From assembly GCA_002633005.1 (NCBI GenBank), contig NMRA01000049.1, forward strand, positions 131,878-195,877: DNA of 64,000 nt. The letters run 5' to 3'. The translations under genes and the position numbers were made by a program. Under the pieces are notes generated by a model that saw only the letters and a program-made list of their open reading frames with translations, had not been told where the DNA came from and searched no databases. The stretch comes from Phoronis australis. Lineage: Eukaryota; Animalia; Phoronida. Shown one piece after another: positions 1-11,757 of the stretch (position 1 is its first letter; the number at the start of each line of letters is the position of its first letter).

Positions 1-187
1 ACACCAGTAAGCGTGTTGTGAACTGCTGTACAGACTGCTTTAGAACCTCTGACATCATCGGTTAATTTCAACAGACCGATCCGTCTGCCTTCAGATGTCA
101 GGTAAAAGAGATGTATTTGCTGTTATGGAGTGGAAGTACTCCTTCTAAATTGATACAAAATAGGTTGTTTTGGGGTGGCATTATCCT
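1..187. mobile_element. Right end of a Kolobok-type non-autonomous DNA transposon (truncated by the window start)
   Basis: Colinear with 43071-43256; ends GGGGTGGCATTATCCT followed by TTAA at 188-191, matching the terminal repeat of the complete copy at 41620-43256. Confidence 0.8.
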
Positions 188-837
188 TTAATGTTATTAG
201 ACAGTTTGAATATTTAGTGTCCGGGCTTAAGCGTTCATTTCGGCTAGTCGAAATTAATCTCTTTCAGTTCATTTAAAAGTGCCTTTGCTCTCCTTCTTTG
301 ATGTGTTCTTTGCTTGTTTCTATGTTCTAATTCTTTTTTTTGGATTGGTGGTTTAAAAATAACATTGACATTTAGTGAGATAAACCTACAGCAGAAAAGA
401 AAAGTGATCAGATATACTGGAAAAAATGTGCCACTGCGAGATGTTTTGTTTTGTCAGTAGAAGTGTGATAAACATAATTAAAGATGCTGGCATTGAGTTT
501 AGTAGGACGAATCGTTTTTGGCTGTAGCTGAAGGATAGACATCACGTCAAAAGAAATGAAATTTGCGATTGTAACTTATTTTTAATAGGTGAATTTTGAG
601 ATCGCCGGCAACAACGATTATTTGTTATCTGACTTCGTAAACTGTCTAAAATAATTGCATGTGTCTGTGTGGAGTTGCGGGGGCCTTGTAAATGTTTGCA
701 ATAGGTACATGTTTGTCGGGTATCTTGACATGAGATAGTAAGCATTCATATGTTTTGAAATTAAATGAAATTTCTTTTTATAAACAAAAAAGTCATTTCT
801 TATGTATGTAATTCAAGGGGGTCAACAATTGGTAGGA

Positions 838-1060
838 CTTCAAAACCACTTGCCCAGAATTCAAAACCAGTCGGATGGACTGCAAAACCAAATGGCCGGT
901 GATTAAACGTGTTGTCTGGACTTCAAAACGCGATGACCTCACCCAAAGAATTAGTTGGCTTTATCCACTATGGCCAGTGCTATAACCAGTTGGCCGGTGA
1001 TTTTTTCCGCTATTGTGCTTGAGCACACGCCAATTCGTTTTTAGGTTCGGCAAAACCAGT
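838..1060. repeat. Degenerate ~20-21 bp tandem repeat (CAAAACCAGTTGGCCGGACT-like)
   Basis: AAAACCA / TGGCCGGTGA motifs recur at about 21-bp spacing. Confidence 0.45.
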
Positions 1061-1480
1061 TTTTTCGGTGCCGCGGCCATGTTGTTTTAAGGTACCTGAC
1101 ACCGTCAACCATAGGTAAATACAATCTGGTGAGTAACCTTTAAGTGCGTGTCAAAAACTGAAGAGTGAGTAATTGCCAGTTGTTGACAAACACTATTATT
1201 GCACGCAGATGACATCGGGAAAACATTTTTTAGTGTTTGAAGATCATCAACAATGACTCTAAAAAGATCAAAAATTGCGTTGAGCGACTGAATATTGACA
1301 CTCTGTAATTTGTGTTCATCTTTATGTAATTCCAAAAATTCTTTCAACCTTCCTGTGTCATAAATGTTGGATTTGTTGATTTGAAGCGCATCTTCGTTGT
1401 CTGCATAAAAGAGTATGAATTAAATTTTGTCAATGTACCCCCCGTTGATGCTTGAGCACTTTCTCGGGATTAAGGGTCAG

Positions 1481-1732
1481 GGGCCTGTTCAAAGAAAATG
1501 GACTTAGCTAAGACAAATATTATATTTAAGCCAATTATAAGATAATACTTCAATTTGTCTGAAGTCCGTTTCTTGAAAATAATCTCAAGATAAGTTTTTG
1601 ACCAAAGTTTTGTGATAAATTCGACTAATTTACCAGGTGTGGAGGTTTCAAAGTTTGGAGGTCGAGACAAATCTTGGACTTAGGTCAAAAGTGAACAAAA
1701 ATGAACCTGTTTCAGTTTCTTAGAACGGGCTT
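1481..1732. mobile_element. Harbinger/PIF-like MITE
   Basis: Flanked by CAG at 1478-1480 and 1733-1735; imperfect TIR GGGCCTGTTC...GAACGGGCTT; an inverted homolog lies at ~50178-50423 (shared CTTAGCTAAGACAAAT and GAGACAAATCTT blocks). Confidence 0.6.
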
Positions 1733-1950
1733 CAGGTTTACAATTATATTTGTTATGTTGGCCATATAGATATAGCTTGTCACCTGTCGTAGTCGGATTG
1801 TGTCAGTCATGAAATACTTATAAACGAAGGAATACGAATAGTCCTAAAATTCAAAATTCATGGATAACAAAGAAAGCTACCAAAAACAAAAGTAAATAAA
1901 TATAGATTATTACATGGCGAAGTCGTTATCCCCCGTTATCTAGAGCCCAA

Positions 1951-2016
1951 GTGGATTTTGGAGAATTATCGCCCGAGGGGCGTAAGCCCAGAGGGTGATA
2001 ATTCTCCAAAATCCAC
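1951..2016. repeat. Hairpin with a perfect 20-bp stem inside a short interspersed element
   Basis: GTGGATTTTGGAGAATTATC (1951-1970) is the exact reverse complement of GATAATTCTCCAAAATCCAC (1997-2016); GC-rich loop. Confidence 0.85.
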
Positions 2017-2152
2017 GAACGTGAAAAAGGTTACAAAATAAATGTGGTGCAATGAATTAATCACATTTTGTGTCATTACTGTGTTACTTTTGTATCAAAA
2101 CTGAACAACAACATAGTATACTTCCATTAAATTGCCATGAGCACTACATGTA

Positions 2153-2398
2153 AAAAAATAATTGCAGGCGGTCTGATACACGTTGTATCAGACGTGCGCA
2201 GGCCTCGCATGTGGGCCCATTGCACTGATCACCTGGAAATATTTTTATGCTTTATTGATATATGGTTAAAACCGAGCTGAGGAGCTAGAAACCTGGCTGA
2301 AGAGTTTAGCAGTGTGACCTGGTGGGACTTGAACCCACGTGACGACCTCGCGTAAAGAAAGCGGGCACTTATCAACCAGGCCACACTGCCTCCTCTGC
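2153..2398 (-). mobile_element. Complete tRNA-derived SINE
   Basis: Minus-strand head has an A-box-like TGGCCTGGTTG and B-box GGTTCAAGTCC; the 3' end has a hairpin (GTCTGATAC...GTATCAGAC) and a T run; 13-bp target-site duplication AGCACTACATGTA at 2140-2152 and 2399-2411. Confidence 0.8.
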
Positions 2399-5300
2399 AG
2401 CACTACATGTACATCAAGCATAAATTAGTTTCACAAACGAAAGATTTTCATTTCAGGAAACAAGTTCACTGTTATTGTGAGACGAGCTTCAACGAACATG
2501 TTACCCACGACGTGAAGGTACCCTACCGGGGTTTTGAAAAGTACATGCATCTACTTTGAGTCGAAACCACTGAGAACAAGGTTTCTAAACTGAAGACTCA
2601 CCCAAGAGTTGTTCCATGTGGCATGTTAGCCAAGGGTAAACTAAATGTTGCAGCACTGAGATGAAACCGAGTGTAGAATCTTCTCGTAAAATTGTGACAG
2701 CAACCTGATGAAAAAACAAATAGCCAGTGAAGACAAAGAATGGTGATGAGCTTGCCCATGGGGATAGAGGGGAGTGCGGCAACACTTCACGAGATGATTC
2801 AAAGATTCTCACTTATAAACGTCTGGGATTTAAAAATTGGCCAGAAGTTGTGTCAACTGGTGTGCTGATAAAACGGGTGGGATTTTACTTGATGTTTTAC
2901 TGTTAACATCGATACAGAGATGAACAGACTGACTTGTGGCACCCGTGTGGCTTGAATGCACGTTGTGTTTGACTCTTCTGTTTTTTTAGTCTTGGTCCTT
3001 AGTTCACCTGCATCATCAGTTCACGATCTCCAGTTTAATGTGACTTTGAAAAAGATTGAGACAGTTATAATACACATAGTATATTCTGATTTTCTCCAAA
3101 CGTAGTCAACATGTTGTCATTAACGTCACTTCAACTACACACTGTAGTGATTTACACAGAAAATCAACAATGTTTATAGCATTTCTATTATAATATTAAT
3201 CTTTTATCACACGTACCTCAAAATTGGTCTTACAAAATACATAAATTTATTGCTTTAGGGAAATCAACATAACAAATCCATTGAAAATTTCCAACGAATT
3301 TCTCTTGGAATGTATTAGACTAAGTCATCACTGAATCATAGACAATGTACTTGGACTGACTGATAGTTTAGTAGTCTCTCACACGAAATCAACAACAATA
3401 TGAAAGCAATTTCTACAATAATCAAAGACATATTTTCTTTTAAAATACAACTTATTCAGAACAATTGTATTTAGTATTGCCCAATGACACTTAGTATGGC
3501 CATTTAAATCTACCTAAACACTACAAAAATGTACTGGTTCTATTGAAGATCCGTTTGAAATAACACAAATATAGAAAGAAACTTGAGGAAAAAAGGTTCA
3601 AAATAAAATGTCAAAATATTATCACATCAGACAACTACAAACCATAAACTCTGTAAATCTGAATAAACTATAGTGACTTAACAACCTGAACCACTGGACT
3701 TAGTGATTTCATTCATGACGTTTCGGCTTGCTATGCCTGTAGAAGGAGGCATACTGTTTGCATGACATGCCACATTCACCACAAAAAGGAGTGTTCTCGT
3801 GCTGTGACGCAGTGTCGCATCAGGCTTACTCTTTCCGTGAAGCATTGATCACAGATAGGACACTAAATCGACTTGGTTCCTGAGCATGATGCTTCATGCT
3901 GTGTTTTACTATTTTGGTAAAAAACTCTTGACGCATGCGATGCGTCACTCACAGGGCTATGAGTTCAACTGAAAAAATCAAACGCATTCACTTATGTTGT
4001 AGGCTAAATCTCACTTAGAAATAATGAAAAAGCGATGAAATGTAATTAATAATCAACCCATCAACTAATTCAGGCTCCGTATTATTCTAAAAGTACTGAC
4101 ATAAAGCGTAACTTGAACGACTATTCAGGCTAATGCAGAGAAAAACTGTGCGTTCACGATCGCTTTTTTGCGTTCACGATCGCCATAGAGCATTAACGAC
4201 ATCGTTCCTGATCGCGCCTCACACAAGGACCTGCTTGAATTAGTAAATATTTCAAATTATTTCACAAATCATAACTAACAAAGGTGTCACCTGGGACGAT
4301 TAAACTATAAACGTCACACGTCTAATAACGAGTAGAAATTGTCGATTTTACGAGGCGCAAGGCATTTTACCGAGCGCCAATGCTTTCTGAGCTCTTTATT
4401 TTAAAACATTAAGCCAAGTATTATTTCAGATCCACAACAAAGGTTACACTCTGACGCTTTTCTGTGTGTAGCATTCGTACCAATGTGGCCTCTATTTAAG
4501 CAGAAAATGACACTTAAATTCACCGGGTACGTCACTGTCGTCTACCATTTTTGGTGCAAGGTCTCGTTCTCGATCGCCTTCCGGGCGTTCTCGATCGCGG
4601 GTTGGCCGGGGTGGTCTATGCCAAACGAGTTAAGTTTTATGTTTGGCTATAGGCTTTGAATTCTTTCATTTTCGGCAGATTTTTTGAATGCTTCACCCAG
4701 ACTGTTCACGTGGCGGATCACATCCTATATGTATGTATTTTCGCGTTATGATATATGTTTTCTATGGTAGAAGAAACAGTTTTAAATGAAACAATTCATT
4801 ACTTGAAAAGAGATAATCAAGATGAAAACAATATTAACTGTGCATTAAACTTTTAACATTTCCTGAAAACAATTAAATAACAAAAATATTTTACATACTG
4901 GTTACCGAGAAATCGGCGCCTGAGTTGCAGACGATACAACACTGAGCAAACAAAAATTGAGACAGAAGTGTTATATAATTAACAGTTATGTACCAGACCT
5001 GATTGCATGTTAAGTGTTATTCATACTGCTGCAACTTTATTACCTTAAACTATTCTGCAAAAGTTTGACGATCAGAGGAAACTCCTAAAGTAGTTCCAGG
5101 AGTGCATTAATACGGAAAACAATACAACATGGCCTTTTGCGCTCACACTTATTCAATATGAAAGAATATAATGTAAGCATGACTGAAGAATGTAACTGCA
5201 TCAAACGGCAACAAAGGTGCAACTAATGTATGAAGACTGTGATTTTGAATGAGTGCCTGACTAAATTCTTTATATTAACAGCCATTGTAAGGATCAGCAT

Positions 5301-6262
5301 TCTAAAATCTTGTCTTTGTCTGGTAGCAATCTTTTGAATTATTAAAACTACCTGTATTTAGCTGTTGATGTAAATGGTCATTTTGCCTCTCAAGACTCAC
5401 GTCCTTTTTGTTACTCGTACACCCCAACTTAATTGGCAATGCAAATCAAATATTTGACTAATTGTTTAATTAATGAGACAAATAGTGCATGAAGAGTTTT
5501 ATTGTTACGCACTGTTGCTTTTCGCGTTTTGAGAACATTCTTGGTTTTTACAATCAAAAATATTTTTAAACCAGTCAGGTATTGTTAAACTGTTGATCTA
5601 TTGTCTCCAGTGTAATCATACACCATCAAGAGCTATTGAAGGGCTTTCTAATGATATGACTCTATTGTAATTTGGTTGAAAAACTACGGAATTGCGAAAA
5701 GTTTTAGTGACTGTAAAAGCTTCACTTGCGCTGAAATTTATATCTGCTATCGTAGGTACACGATATTGGTGTCGTATTAGAACGCAGGTGGGTATATTGT
5801 AATATCTACGCCACTCTCGGTTCGTTTTGTGTTTATATTTTCCCGCATCTTTGGAAACCTGAAATTTGTGGAGAACCATGCAGCGCATGCGCAATGCTTG
5901 GCGTTTTATTGCAAACTGTTGAGTGAATCCTAGGCTAATGTGTCATTTTCGGTGGAATTTTGATAAATACTGGAAAGGGACAGTTTAATGATTGAAAAAA
6001 GTTACATAATGAATGATTTTTAAAATCTGAATTAAAAACGTTTTGAATGATTATGTAAAAACTAAATTTGCCATTGTCCAGCGAATACAACGCTTAATTC
6101 TTAGACTTCAAATGTGTATTACACCAAATTTACGGACTAGAAAAACTGGTTGCATAAAAATACTTACGGTCTATTATGGTGGCCACGCCTACTCACGGCA
6201 ACGCAAATAAAAACCAATTGAGGGCTAAAAATCTAGATAGAACGAACAAATCTCACTGAAAC

Positions 6263-6516
6263 ATGAAAACAACACTGTATGTATTAATATTTGCCCTGCT
6301 CTGTGCTAGTCAAGTTAGCACGCAGTGGTATGGATTTGCGTGGCCTGGCCGTGAAGCCAAAAATGCACTACGACCAAAACGTCATCAACCACTGGCGCTG
6401 CCCAAAAAAAGTGTACAGCTGAAACCATCAGCAATTTTCGACACCTACCGAAGACGTCTACGGCAGCCGACCATGTTGGGTGATCGTCCACAGGAAGTGT
6501 ACAAGCCCTCTGGCAT
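6263..6516 (+). pseudogene. Paralogous first exon of the secreted mucin/chitin-binding/Ly6 gene, probably frameshifted and orphaned
   Basis: Signal peptide MKTTLYVLIFALLCASQVS vs MKTALSALLLGLFCASRVS; same GAAAC-ATGAAAACA context; same GCAT|GTAAG donor and homologous intron start. The RKCTSPLAC match to GKSISGPLAC is in a shifted frame (donor phase 2 instead of 1). No downstream exons found. Confidence 0.65.
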
Positions 6517-6677
6517 GTAAGATTTTTGTTTCACCATCAGATTTTTATGTTAACTCCTATTAGGATGAAAGAAATGACAGAATTTAGATTTTCGCTTAAG
6601 CACGCGTATAAAATTATACCCAATCAAATAGCTGGTACACATGCTGGCTAAGACGCTAGCGTTTTCGGGAGCATTAA

Positions 6678-7105
6678 AGTGACATGAAACGCGAAAGATC
6701 GTCAAAAATATCTTTTAAACAATTCCTGACAAAAGTACCATCTTGCAAAGTCTAGCACAGAGTAATTCACTTCCCCTGTACGGAAGTTCTAAAAAAATTA
6801 CAAAATTCACAATTTTTGACTCCCTCACACCTCTGGTAAATGCACGCATGCACTCACAGTCAGTTGCTTGAAGTCGTTTGAGTTCAAAGGTAACGTTTTC
6901 CATGTAAGGGAAATGCGCTACATCTATGTCTTGTCATGCCAAATAAGGAGACGTGCTTTGCCTTGTGGGAGAAAAAGTGAGCAGATGACAGGTCGTTTTT
7001 TGATATTTGAAACTAAATGAAAATTCTTTAATATCAACAGAAATAAAAAAGTCTTTACGACCAAAAATATCTCGTGAGCAGGTTGAATTCTATTTCAGTG
7101 TCAGT
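6678..7105 (+). mobile_element. Kolobok-type MITE fragment (TTAA + AGTGACATGAAACGC terminus)
   Basis: TTAA at 6674-6677 followed by an AG-start terminus; inverted homolog at 22971-23493 ending GCGTTCCATGCCTCT-TTAA. Confidence 0.6.
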
Positions 7106-9739
7106 TGCAAGTTTGTCTGTTTATCGAGTTCCAGGCCTCTTTAACAGCAGAAACGTCAGTAATGCGAACGGTAGCAAAGGTCACTTTGAGGGACCCCACA
7201 GCTACTGTAGTTATTACTAGCTAGCACTGTCGTAACCAAACTGCGCAATGGTAAAAGGCCTTTAATTTATCATCACAACAATCAATTTATCAAAATCAAA
7301 ATATGTATGATACCATAGTTATCATCACGTACGGAATATAAGAAACATTTATTTCATGTTTCATATTTCAAAATGAATTGAACCTTGGAACTAGAAACGT
7401 GCAAACGCATTCACACGGTTTGTAATCAAATGCATCGATTTAAATAGAAAAAATCAACGAAATATTGACCATTACGATTGAATCTTGGACCTGGAGGCTG
7501 GTGCACGTACTGTATATCAAACGAGCATTCATGATGATACAAATTTGGGAGATACACTCAAAATCGGGTCCCATGACTTGAAAACAATGAAAGATGATTC
7601 TAATAAAGACGAGACGCAAATTTTCCAATGAACAGTTTCAGTCTAGAGTTTCTTCGCAGGTATAATTTTATTAAGATCGCGCTCTTCGTAATTGGTGCAT
7701 AGACATTTCCATTCACGCACTGTGATTACTGAACTCAGGCCAAGGAACACAAAAGTTTCATCACAATCACACCTTATATTGTCTTGAGAACAAAATACCC
7801 ATTACATACATTTCTAATACAAGGACAGTGCAGTGTAACCAATCAAAACTACATCGTCAGTGACCAAAACAACAACGTCAGGGCCGAGGTAAATCATTGT
7901 ACGTGTGGTGATTTTGCGTTTAATTTGCAGCTAAACTCACACGCGAGTTTCTCGTTAGTCAATGTGACGTCACCGGAAAAGGGGCAAAACCCGCCATGTT
8001 GCTCTTGTTTTGCCCCGAGTCTTTGCTACACACGCTAAATCTTACTGGAGTTCTTATGGTGAATTTCACGCTTAAAGCCTTAACAACTTAAGAGATGGTA
8101 GATGGATCGTGGAATAACTGTGAATGGACGAAGAAAATGTGAACTTGTTATGCTGAGCGAAGCTGTGAACGGACTGAAATTGGAACTCAACCCGGTCAAG
8201 GCCTGAATGTCGCAGGCATACAGGACCGATAGTGTATCCCCATAAGAAGTTACTCACTTCAAAATACAGCAAATAAAATGAAATGTAACATATATATGTG
8301 CACAGGGAGCTATAATTAACACATACCCTGACTCTGGACACAATTTAGTCTGCAGATAACTTGAACATATCCATGAAACTCGGGGTTGGCTCGTGTAACG
8401 TTTCTCTGACTGGGCGCCATTTTGAGGAAGTTACGCGAAATCACGCCTGTTGACGAACAAAAAGGCCAAGGGACACAAATCTTACAAATTTCACTTAATA
8501 TTTGCTTATGCTATTTTGCAAGTGTCACTCGCCAGGTCTCGCACTTCGCTTAGTCTCGCGCTAAACTTTGCCTCACACTCACCTGACTCAGATGAAATAC
8601 TTTTTGGTTATCGCGCGCGCGGTCAAAGTTAACAGTAACCACAAAGTGGAGTTAGAATTCTTCGCCAAAGTCACCTGGATTCCTGTAGCTATGCTTCATC
8701 GAAGATATGTCTAGAAACAGAAAGAATCACTGAAGAAAGTAAGCGCCATTCTAGGTGATAATTTTACGTGTAGAATGTAGTTTTGACGAGGTGAAAACTT
8801 AACCAGTGAGCGGATTTCGCCCTGCCGCCCGTTTAAAATACACGGGATGAAATTAGTACAGAACACGATATAACGTATTGTAGGGCGAATCTGAATTTCA
8901 TTTGCCATAACAGCAATGCTTGTTTGGCATTTTTCAAACTAAACGGCTAAAAACACGAAGAAAATAACAGAATACATTCTGCTACCGTATTGGGCAAATG
9001 GCCAAACGACAAGCTTTTGCCCCACTTCCCGTGACGTCACAGTTAAGTCTCACTTAATCTCGCGTTATTGTTATAAACTCGCAAAAGGACTAATATGAAG
9101 TAACAGATGAAATCACAACCTCAAANAATAACGAATTAAACAGGGTCTTCCAAATTGGCACATATGCTTGAAACTCAATTGAACCATAAAATAATCCCCG
9201 TTATGTTACACTATCGCAATATCAAGGTACAAGAAGCGTATGTACCGTATGAGGAAGTCGTATGTGTTATTCTGACGTCACGCATATTTGGCAGTTGTCT
9301 AGTGACAAAATGTTTGAACAAATTGTTTTTAAAAATAGCGTGTAACGCTTCAGATAACGGGTTTACAGCTATTTGTAAGTGAGTTTTTTGATTTCCGACA
9401 GTTAAATACTATATAAATATACTTGGGCATATTCTTAATGAAGTAGTGAAAATACATAAAATACATACATGCGTATGGTAAGGTTATGGACAACGCTTTC
9501 GACAGCGATGAGTAACAGTGAGAAGTGGTGCTAACAAATGAATTCTGCTTCGAACTCGGTACAAACGGCTATATTTACACGTTTTTCGTTTTTTCCGTTA
9601 TATAGGTAGATTCATTCGCATTGCAGTGATCGTGACAAGGCATCTAATTTTCCAACGATGTCAGAAAAAAGAATAACAGCACAGAGTAAGCCCAAAATGC
9701 AAGCTGTGCAATTACAAATAAGATGCTAAAATTTCCCAT

Positions 9740-9990
9740 TCCGTATAAATGTTCAGGATGAAATCTCAAAAATTATTTTACAGTTTTCTAAATAATCATT
9801 TCATTTTCGTTTTATGCAATTTTTAAATTTTTATATAAAAGTCATGAACGTCCTGTATTGAAAGCCTCAAATGCAACTTAAAAACAATTCCTAAAGGCGT
9901 TTTTAGAACAGTACATGAATCATAATGTCTGAAATTTTCATAGGATCTTATTTAGCCATTTTTGAGATCAGGCGTTCCAATGATCATTTT
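9740..9990. repeat. Interspersed AT-rich repeat with a second copy at ~16050-16300
   Basis: Shared GATGAAATCTCA...TTCTAAAT-ATCATTT...TTTTCGTTT-ATGCAA block; the second copy runs to ...CCTACATAACC-TTAA near 16325, suggesting a TTAA-targeting DNA element. Confidence 0.55.
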
Positions 9991-11605
9991 TTGGGCTCTA
10001 CGCGCAGAGTTAGTTATTCAACACGCAGAAATGGTCATTCGTCGAAGTCTAAGGTTTGCTTTTCGAAGATTGTTGTTTCCTATTTCTATAATAAAAGTAC
10101 TATTGACTCTTTGAAGAAGAAATAAATTTTAAATAATAATATACATCAAAATTTCGGTTACGTTTAACTTTCGCTAAGGGATCGACGGCATTCATTGCAC
10201 TTCGGAAACAGCACATAAACTAACTTAATCCAAGAGATGGTCGCTTGTTAACCTGACAACTCTAATAGTTGTCCTTTATCCTAACCCTAAGATTCTTTAA
10301 GCACCCCTATCCCAATAGATAGATTGAAACTCCTTTACTCGAAATTGGGGAGCCTTCATTTGAACTAAACAAATTACACCCGGTTCGAAGCGAGAAACAA
10401 CACAGGAACAAAGTAACTTTTGAATAAAGTCGTCATCGCTCAGTACATATTTACAAATCAGATCACAAATTTCTTTGTTACACAACTAATACACTCGTAC
10501 TTTTCTTCATATACCAGACAACAAACGCAGAAAAACCTCCTATTTTAACAATTTTAGACTGAAGTTATTTGGGTGTATCAGGTCAACTTTCGCAAGATAC
10601 CTCGGACGCAAACGTGAATAACTGTAGAGGTCTGCGTGCATGCACAGAAACCAATAGACTGTTACAGAGGCCTTATACAACGGTAAAAGCCGCATTTCAT
10701 GATTGATGAACAGTCTTCTCCAAATTTGATTGTGCTCGTTCAGTTGTGTTACGAATATCATAGATCCAATTCGTTGTTATTGAAAAATCAGTTTTACTGC
10801 TCTAAAAACAGAAAAGAAAATTCCGATGACCAGACTGCTATTTTAGGCTTCGTTTGTTTCAGTCTCGGTCATCAAAAATAGCTCAAGCAAAATAGCGTCC
10901 CCGGCCAACAACATCAACCAAAAAAAATGTAATTAAAATTCCAGCTAAAACGTTTTGTTATAGGTTGACGTAGGGAATTTCATTTTTGCGACCGGTAGAA
11001 ATTTGACTTGACAACCCTAATAGTTTTCGTTTATGCTCGCAGAGTTCCTCAACTCTCGGTCGCTGTTAGCGAACTAAAATCTGCTTTTTTGCGATGGCGG
11101 TCCTTACCTCAAGTTCTGCAAATCAGCACAGTTTCCACCGGTATTTTCCAGTGCTGTGATATACACAGGAAATGTTTCTATTACTATTTACAGTCCAGGA
11201 GCTAAGGCACGAAGATAGACCAAGAAAACTAAGAAATACATCGAAGCTTAAACGACGCACTACTGCAAAACTGTTGGCAAACTCGACCCATCCTGTCAAT
11301 ATTTTTTTTACACTCGCGTTGTGTTGTGAGCCGGTACAACGGAATGAAAAGAATCGGATGATCAAACTGAACTGAGTTGAGCTGTCTCAAACACGCAATG
11401 TGAACTCAAGGTTTAACTTTATTATTTTCATGTTGATTGAATCTCTCGACCTACTTTATTACGATCATTGTCAATTTTCAGCGCATCATTTGTCGTGTCA
11501 AATATTGTTTGCGACTTGACACTGACTGGTTTTCTTTTCAAGGAGCAAAAGCCAAGCATGACCGAAAACGTGTTGTGTAAATCATAATATGTCACATGTG
11601 ATACC

Positions 11606-11757
11606 CACGGGCGGCGCAGCCCTGAACAAAGTGGAGGGGTTAAAGCCCCCTCAGCCCCCCTGTGGTGCACCGCCTATAGACCACGTGCGGCGTAGCACTG
11701 AAAAAAGTGGGAAGCGGGGCTATAGCCCCCCCAGCCCCCCATGGTGCGCCGCCCATG
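11606..11757. mobile_element. Two adjacent short GC-rich MITEs
   Basis: CACGGGCGGCGCA...TGCGCCGCCCATG inverted ends; two similar ~70-bp units; outer flanks ATACC/ATATC. Confidence 0.55.

Noticed and set aside
2310-2395. tRNA gene
   Set aside because: A and B boxes are present but there is no clean cloverleaf, and it is part of a TSD-flanked SINE.
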